From: an uncultured Methylomirabilota bacterium
GTDB taxonomy: Bacteria > Methylomirabilota > Methylomirabilia > Methylomirabilales > 2-02-FULL-66-22
Direction of reading: 5' to 3'
NCBI GenBank assembly: GCA_963845565.1
Contig: CAWJSJ010000006.1
Location: 1 to 64,000, forward strand
Length of the DNA: 64,000 nt
Part shown: piece after piece, positions 56,101-64,000 of the stretch
Position numbering within the stretch: the stretch's first letter is position 1
Layout: every line of letters starts with the position of its first letter
Made by a program: the position numbers and the translations under genes
The notes under the pieces: model-generated
Seen by the model: only the letters and a program-made list of their open reading frames with translations
Told to the model about the DNA's origin: nothing
Database searches by the model: none

Positions 56101-56150
56101 GGCGTCAGCCGCGTCCCCCAGTTTCTACCGCGCTTTCCAATTTACGTTAG
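53115..56150 (+). CDS. YfhO-family (GT-C-like) membrane protein
   Basis: PLWNPYMFSG.P, FYP, GHP, QLLPS, NPDALPRAF, LVLSE.Y, GTHQV..SY.P. Confidence 0.85.
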   Translation: MAIREDHTVHGILRRLLSLIAYGVLIWSLPEVLRHRSDSAKVFGRYSLSYFTWVSLYLVIVIAWTAVTIFVFLRRQQAPALRERLAPYCQKAYLLGVAISLPLLAFTLVANQPGALPLAFVLAGALFTMAWLGTAPAASKLGLKDTAHVVRLEHTSLSERINAVARWLAEGRRSEMVSLTVITLTALTLFAPVLLKPDRLVGGHDLPALYYVVERYTTEVIHAGKLPLWNPYMFSGLPLLAHPDSMVFYPIQVVLRSALPVSLAVAWGFAIHIWIAGAGMYALCRYLRLRPWIALICALAFMLNGGLLTRILAGHIWLVYALSWLPLAWLLVMLALERGSAIALVGAGLVIAMTILTGHPTLPAYMLLFLGLFWLFHAVTVWQAEKTLRQVVITAVRFGAILVLAFGFAAIQLLPSLVFSSQTSLASGYAPGDAALGTLSLHHLAMIFLPDAYPYPGLDIWEQFPYLGILLPLAAPWAFARPERRSLAVFLGLVALVSVVLAFGQELRLFSLLYYLLPPFRLLRIPPRALVMWIPSLVLLGGFGLETLMQRGTSEGRVACGTYLYQRATLLPLGILSGFLLARATGIDVLVGLSENRQTLITATILGAVLAICMLTAGAPLYPGRGSHRGTWAAGALLAANILLGFVLLPRAIPAAVAPSGIVLGFGKLAILLLVIGFLLPVLFRFPGASITSLLLIIVVFLDMYTFGAKYVAVSDVPSLSTEERQALAVIPPPPQGRVMRGDAPLAFNALVPLGISNIDGYYSGIMSGYTSFLRGLSANPPPETTILLSYAAYPEIDERALDFLNVTHVFSKEPLAAPGRELVAEVPGRYAIYRNPDALPRAFWVGNARVIANKDDAIRAMLDPRFDYRSTVLLENPVPAEGGSLSDADVTITEFDGSSGGFVIQASTPRAGVLVLSEPYYSERHASLDGREVPLLRANVGFSAIALPAGTHQVRISYVPTSLYQGILITVGTAVVAVGLVMFSLFRRGRYDALRRQPRPPVSTALSNLR

Positions 56151-56168
56151 GTGCCCTCTCTGGCAAAG

Positions 56169-56217
56169 ATGGAACGGGAAACCGCACTGGAAATCCCCGC
56201 CAGTCAACCGGGAACCC
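56169..56217. repeat. ~49-bp direct repeat copy 1 (degenerate promoter duplicate)
   Basis: ATGGAACGGGAAAC(C)GCACTGGAAATCCCCGCCAGTCAACCGGGAACCC. Confidence 0.85.
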
Positions 56218-56346
56218 TCCTCCGCGGAGGCATCCCTTTGTGGCGCGCGGCGATCGTCAGCGCTTTGGTTGTCAAGGTGTGTGGGTCTTGCTGCTGAACT
56301 GATGTGTCGCTATGGCGTCTTGGCGGTCAAGAATGTCGGTCTGGGG

Positions 56347-59298
56347 TTAGTGGTCCATGTCACGGGTTCTCTCCCGCGTCCCTTTCCCGTTCCGGCGTCC
56401 CCGCAGCACGCCGACGATCGGTATCCCTATCGTGATGGCCGACGCAAGCACGGTGATGCCCACACCGGCGTAAAATGTCCTGGGCGTGAACTCGAATTTC
56501 ACCAGATGCGCTCCTGCGGGCACCACGGCGCCCCGCAGCACATAGTCCGTCTGGTACAGTCGCGAAGGCACACCGTCAATCGTCACCGACCACCCAGGAT
56601 AGAACACATCGCTGAGGACGAGGAATGAGGCAAGCGACGAACGGGTCCGGACCTCCACCACGGTGTCGGTGACGCGCTCCACTACTGCCTCTGCCTTGGC
56701 ATCGATCTCGCCCTTCAATTCCAATGGTTCTTCAACGAGGCCGATCCGCGACGGATCGAAGGGGCGACCGTCGGGGAGTTGTGACCACTTCAGGGCGGCA
56801 AGCACCTGGTCCGGCTTCAGGGTCACGGTTTCCGGTACCAGCCATGCCCGAGGCATGGACCGGGTGTTCGCATACACCCTCGTCTCCCCCAATTCCTGGA
56901 CCAGACGCCACCTGTCGGCGTTCAGGAGGAATTCCGCCATCTCTGAGACGGGGTAGGAAAGCGCGGTATTCTCGTTGTGGAGAGTGATCTTCTCTATGGC
57001 AATGAGGGCAGGCAGACCGGTCCAGGTCAATTCGAGCGCCTTCACCTCGATCTCCCTGCCGAAACCCAGCGTGCCGACATATTGGTGCCCCCGGCACGAC
57101 GCGACGCCCCGGCGCGCGACGGGAAAGCTCAGAAAGACGGATGCCCTCCTGTGCTTCACCTGCGGACGTACGTCGGCGCAGTCGAACGCCACCTCAGAGG
57201 TGTCCCGGCCTGCACGAAAGGGGTAGGTATGTGTCCGCCCCTGGCTGTCCATGATCGCCACGCGGAGTACCTCGGTGTTGTCGGGGATCGCCGTCGCACA
57301 ACCGAGCGACGTCACCATGCCAAGGGCCGTGGCCTTGACGGGGACCGATAATTGTAACCTCCAGGCGTCACGTTTGGTGCCGCAGCCCGCGCCGAGCCAA
57401 AGCTCCATGCGCTCGCGGGCTCCCCAGGATATGTTCTGGCTCTTGGCAGTCAAGGGCTTGAAAACGCTCAGCGGCACGAACACATGGCTGACGGCCATGA
57501 TATCCAGCGTCCGGTTGTCGGGCATGTACGAGAGCCCCGCGATGTCCCCGTCGGGCCCCATCGAGAGCGCTTCGCCCAGTCTCGAAAGGAGGAGCGGCCC
57601 ATACCCACTCACGCTCGGCACTCCCCAGATCCTGTGCAGGTTGGGCGGAATTTCGTCACGGCTTCCCAGGGCGCCCCTCACCGGTGCGATCCGTTGGTGA
57701 GTCGCCTCTAGCGTTGTCCGATAATGCTGAGCAATATCGGGCGGACGGAAAATGTCGCGATGCGGCGAAAGGAATCTCCACGCGGAGAACCATCCGAAAC
57801 TTCCGAGGTCCACGACAAGCCCCAAAAGGAGGAGCGACGTTCTTAGGGTAGACGCAGGCTTCCTTCGCCACGCGAGGAGGATCACCGCCCCTAAACCAAA
57901 GACCACAAGCGGGATGCCAATAGCGGGATTTGACCAGGGCAGCACCGACAGCGCATCGATCCCCTTTGCGGCCGCCAACTCTTTGAGCGTGTCGGCTCGC
58001 CAGAGGATTACCCCTACGCTGAAAAGGATCGTCGCGCCTGATGCGGCCACCACAACAGCCGTGAGCTTCGCGGTCACCATTCGATTCTTCATGGCAGCAA
58101 CGCCAAGTCCCGCGAGGACGCTTACCGCCAACGCGCACTCGATAAAGTGTCTCGTCGGCGCCCTGAATTTGTTGACGACCGGCAGATGATACATGGCCTT
58201 GGCGAGGGGAGTGAGATCTCCGAGGACGAGGAGGAACGCGAAAAGGCCAACGGCGGCCCAGAAACAGGCGACAGCCCTCTTGAGGGGTGCGAGAGCGCCG
58301 ACCACGGCGAGCATCAAGGCCAGCAGACCCATGTAGCCGGTGAACCCGGCGTCCGGCGCGCCGAAATAGGCGACAGAATAGACGTCACCCGTTAACTCTG
58401 TACCGAAGAGGTATGGGAAAAGGAGCGTTATACTCTGCCGAAAGGGTAGCGAATACGAGACGAACTCCGTGAAAGTCATCTCGCTTCTGAGGCTGAGTCG
58501 GGCCAGCTCCGCCGTTGGCAGGAGCTGAAGAGACGCCACGCCAAGGCCCAGGGTCACTATCAGGGCGTAGAGCCCGCAAAGACGGGCCCTCCCTGCCGGT
58601 ACACACCAGCAACGGACTAAGGTGTAGAAGGTGCCCAGGCCCAGGGTGTACACGGAAATCTGCGGATGGCCCGCCAAGAGGCTGCAGGCGGTGGCCGCCG
58701 TGCCCACGACGAGCCAGAGCAGCTTGGAGCCGCCGACCAGGCCCTCCACAGACCAGATGAGCAATGGCATCCACGCCGCCGCGTGGACGATGGTGGCGTG
58801 AGCGTGAGAGGCGATCATGAAGCCGCTCATGCCATAGACGGTGCCGCTTACCGCAGCCGCCAGCCATGATCCAGTTAGGGTGTGGACGTATCCGTACGTG
58901 AAGCAACTCCCCAGGACGTACGCTGAAAGTATGAGGCCGTTCCAAGACCCAAGCGCAGAGAAGAGGATCGATGGGGGGTACCAGGTCATCGCCTGGGGAT
59001 CGGCGGCGACCGGGAAACCGCCCCAGAGGAGCGGGTCCCAGAATGTGATGCCGCGGATGAAGTTGGGCAGATAGAGGATGAGGTCGCCTGCCCCCAGCAG
59101 TCTGCCGCTGAAGAGCACAGGCGCGAAGAAAAGGACGTAGAGCGCACTGTAGCCGGCCACCACCGACACCACGTGGATGGTCGTCCCCCGCACCGGTGAC
59201 CACGCGCTCGTCACAGTGGTTGTCCCTCCGCCAGGCCGTGGGTCGTCTCCGTGTGTGACCGGAGGGCGTCGCTCCGCTCCCCCATCTTCGATCTTCAT
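56347..59298 (-). CDS. YfhO-family (GT-C-like) membrane protein (start uncertain)
   Basis: WDP..GGFP..ADPQ..YP, GHPQ, QLLPT, MPRAW, LVLSDVFYPGW, GAHLV. Confidence 0.85.
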   Translation of the reverse strand: MKIEDGGAERRPPVTHGDDPRPGGGTTTVTSAWSPVRGTTIHVVSVVAGYSALYVLFFAPVLFSGRLLGAGDLILYLPNFIRGITFWDPLLWGGFPVAADPQAMTWYPPSILFSALGSWNGLILSAYVLGSCFTYGYVHTLTGSWLAAAVSGTVYGMSGFMIASHAHATIVHAAAWMPLLIWSVEGLVGGSKLLWLVVGTAATACSLLAGHPQISVYTLGLGTFYTLVRCWCVPAGRARLCGLYALIVTLGLGVASLQLLPTAELARLSLRSEMTFTEFVSYSLPFRQSITLLFPYLFGTELTGDVYSVAYFGAPDAGFTGYMGLLALMLAVVGALAPLKRAVACFWAAVGLFAFLLVLGDLTPLAKAMYHLPVVNKFRAPTRHFIECALAVSVLAGLGVAAMKNRMVTAKLTAVVVAASGATILFSVGVILWRADTLKELAAAKGIDALSVLPWSNPAIGIPLVVFGLGAVILLAWRRKPASTLRTSLLLLGLVVDLGSFGWFSAWRFLSPHRDIFRPPDIAQHYRTTLEATHQRIAPVRGALGSRDEIPPNLHRIWGVPSVSGYGPLLLSRLGEALSMGPDGDIAGLSYMPDNRTLDIMAVSHVFVPLSVFKPLTAKSQNISWGARERMELWLGAGCGTKRDAWRLQLSVPVKATALGMVTSLGCATAIPDNTEVLRVAIMDSQGRTHTYPFRAGRDTSEVAFDCADVRPQVKHRRASVFLSFPVARRGVASCRGHQYVGTLGFGREIEVKALELTWTGLPALIAIEKITLHNENTALSYPVSEMAEFLLNADRWRLVQELGETRVYANTRSMPRAWLVPETVTLKPDQVLAALKWSQLPDGRPFDPSRIGLVEEPLELKGEIDAKAEAVVERVTDTVVEVRTRSSLASFLVLSDVFYPGWSVTIDGVPSRLYQTDYVLRGAVVPAGAHLVKFEFTPRTFYAGVGITVLASAITIGIPIVGVLRGRRNGKGTRERTRDMDH

Positions 59299-59346
59299 GG
59301 AACGGGAAACTAGCACTGGAAATCCCCGCCAGTCAACCGGGAACCC
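59297..59346 (-). promoter_or_regulatory. Direct repeat copy 2, a putative sigma70 promoter of the second YfhO gene
   Basis: Minus strand TTGACT-18-TAGTTT with TG extension; ATG 8 nt downstream. Confidence 0.6.
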
Positions 59347-59671
59347 CCCTTCGAGGGCGGAGCGTGCAGCCGTCACCCTCGTGTGCGGGTCGATTCGCCG
59401 CCCTCGCCGCGTAATGGGGCCGCCCGTGCCATCTCCTCGCGGTAACCGTGTGGGGCCGGCCGCGGTGCCGGCGTGTGCCCCTGGTACACGAGAGAGCCCG
59501 GTTCGCTCTTGACATCGGTGTCCCGCGCACTAGATACTCCCGCCCAGCGGCTGGGGAACCCCCGCGAGGCGCGGATCGCCAGCGCCGGTGGCCTCGTGGG
59601 ACGGGCAGCGGCGCGATCGTCGCGCCGGCCCCCAAAAGCAAATTCCTATCACCTTCTGGGAGAGTATCACC

Positions 59672-60859
59672 ATGCGCCTCAGGATCGTTGACTACGTCGC
59701 CAACCTGGGAGGCGGCGTTCGCTTCTGCGAACAAACGGTCCGAGCGCTGGTCCGCGGGAGAGACCTTGCGGTTGAGCTCGTCAGCCACGGTGCCGAGCTG
59801 CGCAGATACCAGGAGCTCCTCCGGTCGGTCGACCACGTCTCCTTCCTCGATATCCCCCCGGCCAACTTGCCGACATTCCGCGGATTCTCCGGTTTCAGAG
59901 GCGCGAACCGTCTGAACCGATGGCTGCGTCTTGGCAAGACGGACTTCCACTACGACGTGCCCCATCTTGCGCTCGCGGACTGCGATCTCGTGTGGTTTCC
60001 CTGGATCCATCGACACAGGATCCCCCGGGCCCGGGGTGCCAAAGTGATCGCGTCTCTTCACGACCTCATCTTCCTGCAGCTGCCCGAGCTCTTTCCGGGA
60101 TGGGGTCGGGCCAGCGAGGAGAAGACGATCGGGTCGTGGCTGGCCTCGAATGCCAAGATCGTGACCAGCTCGCACGCCACGGTCTCCGCATTGGTGCAGA
60201 TCTTCAAGTGCGAACCCGGCCGGCTGAACGTTATCCCCCTGTCCGGTCAGCACGTGCGCGAGGGAGAGTCGACACGGAAAACGTCCCCCGCCGTCGGAGG
60301 CTCCGGCTACCTGCTGTGTCCTGCAAACACAACGCCGCACAAGAACCATGAAGTCCTTTTCGCGGGCGTTGCCGCTGCCGGGATCGAGCGCCCATTGGTG
60401 CTGACCGGCGGTGCGACCGACTTCTGGACATCCACAGGATTACGGGACGCTGCGCTTCGGCGGCGCGCCAGGGAAGCCGGACTCAGTTGGGGGCGCTCAC
60501 TGATCGGCCTTGGGTACGTCGATGACGCGACCTACTTCGATCTGCTCGACGGTGCCTGGGCTTTGGTGATGCCCACGCTGGCTGAAGGGGGAGGAAGTTT
60601 CCCGGTGCTCGAGGCGATGCTGCGCGGCGTGCCGACGGTCGTCTCCGACATCCCCGTGATGCGGGAGATGGCCGAGAGGGTTGGCGGGTCGGTGCTCTGG
60701 TTCGATCCTCGGGACCCGAATGCTCTGGCATGCCAACTCCGCGAACTCGAGCGCGACTACCCCCGCTACAAGAAGGCAGCCGTGGAACAGATTTCCACGC
60801 TCCGGATGCGCAGCTGGGTGGATGTCGCCAACGACTACGCCGCGCTCATGGGACTCTAA
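59672..60859 (+). CDS. GT4 glycosyltransferase
   Basis: GGGVR, LHDL, PHKNH, LGYV, EGGGSFPVLEAM. Confidence 0.9.
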   Translation: MRLRIVDYVANLGGGVRFCEQTVRALVRGRDLAVELVSHGAELRRYQELLRSVDHVSFLDIPPANLPTFRGFSGFRGANRLNRWLRLGKTDFHYDVPHLALADCDLVWFPWIHRHRIPRARGAKVIASLHDLIFLQLPELFPGWGRASEEKTIGSWLASNAKIVTSSHATVSALVQIFKCEPGRLNVIPLSGQHVREGESTRKTSPAVGGSGYLLCPANTTPHKNHEVLFAGVAAAGIERPLVLTGGATDFWTSTGLRDAALRRRAREAGLSWGRSLIGLGYVDDATYFDLLDGAWALVMPTLAEGGGSFPVLEAMLRGVPTVVSDIPVMREMAERVGGSVLWFDPRDPNALACQLRELERDYPRYKKAAVEQISTLRMRSWVDVANDYAALMGL

Positions 60860-61127
60860 CGGTCGGGACGCTGGCGGCGGCGCTCCCCGCTAGGTCACGT
60901 AGTGGGGTGCCCGATGATCGTTGGGGGCCACTCGAGCAATGGCGGTGTGTCGGTCGTTTCGGGCGAAGACGTTTCGCCTTGATTTCCGCCTCCCGCATGC
61001 CCGATACTTTTGGGGTTCGGCTGGGGACACTCGGGCCAGGCGCGGATCGGCGGCGCCGGTGGCCTCGTGGGGCGGGTGGTTCCTGCGGTTCGAGCGACGC
61101 GTTCCTTTAGGCTGCTCTTCTTGAGGA

Positions 61128-62202
61128 GTGAGCGAGGCCCGTATGGTGTCTGAATCGACGGTCACAACGTTGCTGGAGAAGGAGATCCCCGGCTTCACCA
61201 TGGCGCGAGCCGGCGAGAGCTTCACGACGCTCGGGGTGGACAGCTTCGCGATGTTGGAGCTGCGCATCGTGATCGAGCATGCGATCGGCGCGACCATTCC
61301 CGACCCGGTGTGGGTGCAGCTCGACAGCCCGGCGCAGCTCGTCGCGCACCTCGGCGCAGCGCCCGCGCCGGTGGCCACACCGCCGCCGTCGGCTGACCTG
61401 CGCCGGCACTACGTGCTCAACATGCCGCAGATGGCGCTCGGTGGTCTGTCCGAGTCGTGGCTGTTCAAGGAGCTCGGGGACGCCCACTGGTCGATGATCA
61501 CCAGCGGTCTCGGGGCGCCGTCCAGCGCGCTGCGCGACGGCAACGGCGATCGCCTTTACGCGACGTTCGTACGGCTGCGCATCGAGGCGACGGTACCGCT
61601 GGCGCGCTTCGAGGAGAACGAGCCGCTGGCGCTCGAGGGGCGCATCGGCCGCTTCGGCGCCGGGATGTTTTTCAGCGAGATCGCGCTCGAGGGTGTCAAG
61701 GAGCGCGTCATGGCGTCGGTCATGTCGAGCTTCACCAAGCGCGGCTCACCCACGTCGAACACCAGCCTGCTGAAAGGCCAGCCGACCATCCCCGCCGGCT
61801 GCCCGATCGCGGATCTGTGCGCCATGCCACCGTTCGGTCAGGGCTACCGCGAGCGGCGCAGTGGAACACTGGCCCCGGCGCTGTTCGAAACCACGTACGA
61901 CATCATCCCGTATCACGACATCAACGGCGTGGGTCTCCTGTACTTCGCCGCATACCCGATCATCAGCGACATCTGCGAACTGAAGTACATCGACCGTGCC
62001 AACAACTGGGCCCTCGAGGCGAGCACGGTCTGCCGCGACGTCTATTACTTCGCCAACTGCGACACCCAAGACCGCCTGATCTACCGGGTACACGCGCGCC
62101 AGGACACACCCACCGGCGTCGACCTCGAGAGCTCGCTGTCGCGCGCGTCCGACGGCGCGCTGATGGCGTATTTCGTGACCCGGAAGCGTCGCCCGTGGGT
62201 AA
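61128..62202 (+). CDS. ACP fused to an LnmK/Pnap_2097-like double hot-dog domain (true stop probably TAA 62200-62202; as given the ORF runs to 62537)
   Basis: LGVDSF phosphopantetheine motif; NMPQMALGGLSESWL, DRLYATF, DINGVGLLYFAAY. Confidence 0.75.
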
Positions 62203-62782
62203 GGCCTTCATCATCGGCAGTAGCGGGCACGCACGCGTCGTCGCGTCGATGCTCGACGTGGAACCGCAGTTCGTGGACCCCGATCGTGCGAGCGAGGACC
62301 GCGTCCTCGCTGAACTGGTCGCGGATCACGGCGGTGCGGACTTCTACCTCGGCATCGGGATCAATGCGGGTCGCCGGCGCGTGGCCGAGAAGCTGCGGGC
62401 GCTTGGCGCGCGACTGCCGCCGTGCGTGGCGCCGAACGCGTTCGTCGCCCGGGACGCCCAAGTCGCAGACGGGGCGGTGCTCTGTCTGGGCAGCCAGATC
62501 GGCTCGGGTGCGCACATCGGCTTCGCCTGCATCGTGAACACGCTGTCGAGCGTGGACCACGACTGCGTGCTCGGCGACTACACGCAGGTGACCGCGGGCG
62601 TGAACTTCGGCGGCTGGGTTGCCGTCGGGTCGAACGGCTTCTTCGGCATGAAGAGCGCGGTGATCCCGAAGTGCACCATCGGCGACGACGTCGTCGTGAT
62701 GGCGGGCGCGCTGGTGACACGCGACGTCCCCGACCGCGTCATGGTCGGCGGCAGCCCGGCGCGCATCGTCCGGCGCCTCTGA
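62195..62782 (+). CDS. NeuD/PglD-family sugar acetyltransferase
   Basis: IIGSSGHARVV, LGIG, VNTLSSVDHDC, hexapeptide repeats, GGSPAR. Confidence 0.88.
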   Translation: MGKAFIIGSSGHARVVASMLDVEPQFVDPDRASEDRVLAELVADHGGADFYLGIGINAGRRRVAEKLRALGARLPPCVAPNAFVARDAQVADGAVLCLGSQIGSGAHIGFACIVNTLSSVDHDCVLGDYTQVTAGVNFGGWVAVGSNGFFGMKSAVIPKCTIGDDVVVMAGALVTRDVPDRVMVGGSPARIVRRL

Positions 62783-62826
62783 GTCGGCGTCACGCTGGCT
62801 CCGCCAGTTGGGGGGACCGAAGGGAG

Positions 62827-64000
62827 TCAGCGGCAGGATTGTTCGAATATCCGCAGAGGTGCAATCGTATCCTGCATGGGCAACCCTTCTCTGGTTGCTC
62901 CCCAACTCACTAACAGATTTGCAAAAAATCGGCTCGCCTCGATAACCGGCTGGGTACGCGCCGCGCGAAGAGCGAAATCCACCAACCTATCCGCGTAGAG
63001 TCGAGGGCTGAAGGTCGCCGCTGCCCATTGGGCCGCCCGTTCGCCCAACGCCGACCGCTCAGCCGGGTTGTGCAGGAGGAATACCAGCGTTTTTTGCAGA
63101 TCGCTGATTTCCTGGTTGGGCGCCACCTTGCACACGCAATCGTCCGGAAGCTCGCGATAGAACCCCGTGTCGGTTACGACCACGGCTTTGCCACAGAGCA
63201 TCGCCTCGATGGTCGATGCCGACGCGGCTTCCAGCGGTGGAAACCGTAGACAGCACACCACATCGGCGCGATCAATGGCGTGCGCCAACGTGGCATCGTC
63301 CACCTCACCGGAAATCAGCAACCGCACACCCAAACTGTGCGCCAGGGCGGAAAGGCGGGCTTGGGCATCCGACTCGATGTGACCGACGAGCCGCAGGATG
63401 GCCGTGTTCTGCAACTGCGGAGAAGTTCCGATGGCGCGGAGGATGCTGTCGACCCGCTTGTTGGCGTTGATTCGCCCGATGGTCAGGACAAGCATGGCGT
63501 CGCGCGCGGCTGAACTGTCAACCGGCACCGAGGCAGAACCAGATCCGGTCGCCGGACTGGCCGTGGGTTTGTCGTACGCAAGTGGAATAACCTCCACCGG
63601 GCCGGGGCACGAGCGCAAGACCCGCTGGATATCCCAACTCGAGTGGGTGATGACCCCCGTCGCCATCGCAGCGACCCATTCCGTCATGGGAGCCTTCTCT
63701 CGCGTTCCCTCGATGTAATCCGCCGGGTTGTCGTAGGCAAAATAGGACGCAGCGACCTCCTCGCCATAGCACGATTGCAGGATCGCTTGCGCCACCGTCC
63801 AGCGCGCTCCCGCCCACCCCCTGAAGAGATCACCGAGGAAATAGTCGTGCAGGCACACGATACCGGGAAGCGAGGGGAGCCACTCCAGGCAACCGCGATG
63901 GAAGGGAAAGTTGCCCCCGATCTGGTACACGATGGCGTCGGCATCCCGCGCGACACGAAACACCCCGTCGGTATCGTCCCAGCGCACCATCCTGGTTCCG
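62827..64000 (-). CDS. GT4 glycosyltransferase (5' end may lie outside the window)
   Basis: LHD, THS, IGRINANKR, LRFP..EAASASTIEAM..GK.VVVTD. Confidence 0.85.
   Translation of the reverse strand, partial: GTRMVRWDDTDGVFRVARDADAIVYQIGGNFPFHRGCLEWLPSLPGIVCLHDYFLGDLFRGWAGARWTVAQAILQSCYGEEVAASYFAYDNPADYIEGTREKAPMTEWVAAMATGVITHSSWDIQRVLRSCPGPVEVIPLAYDKPTASPATGSGSASVPVDSSAARDAMLVLTIGRINANKRVDSILRAIGTSPQLQNTAILRLVGHIESDAQARLSALAHSLGVRLLISGEVDDATLAHAIDRADVVCCLRFPPLEAASASTIEAMLCGKAVVVTDTGFYRELPDDCVCKVAPNQEISDLQKTLVFLLHNPAERSALGERAAQWAAATFSPRLYADRLVDFALRAARTQPVIEASRFFANLLVSWGATREGLPMQDTIAPLRIFEQSCR

Noticed and set aside
62203..62537. C-terminal extension of the ACP-LnmK-like ORF
   Set aside because: It overlaps the well-supported acetyltransferase in another frame and is Arg/Ser-rich; a lost stop near 62200 is more likely

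Overview
High-GC bacterial chromosomal segment; taxonomy cannot be fixed from the sequence alone. About ten frameshifts in otherwise intact genes suggest uncorrected assembly indels. Content in order: (1) RND/MFP/OMF efflux operon with His/Met-rich accessory proteins; (2) SAM-I riboswitch-controlled met cluster (metY-metX-metW, an aminotransferase, a Str2-like cystathionine gamma-synthase); (3) cysK-cysE-iscS-mnmA followed by an orphan mtaB, an MFS transporter and a lactate permease; (4) a probable sigma54-driven operon of an NHLP/Os1348-like small protein plus MFP and RND, next to a multi-GAF hybrid kinase and a GAF sigma54 activator; (5) a liv-type ABC/EamA/hutU/DUF748/hutI run; (6) a surface-glycan cluster (wzm/wzt, methyltransferases, GT2/GT4, two YfhO-like GT-C proteins, an ACP-LnmK-like fusion, an acetyltransferase). 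The most unusual structure is a GxxExxY putative nuclease gene inserted between livH and livM. It is embedded in palindromic elements built from 9-bp tandem units (CACAGATxx / xxATCTGTG), is bracketed by an exact 55-bp direct repeat, and has gene-less copies of the same element in neighbouring intergenic gaps. Analogous 7-bp and 8-bp periodic arrays and two further MITE/REP-like families also occur.
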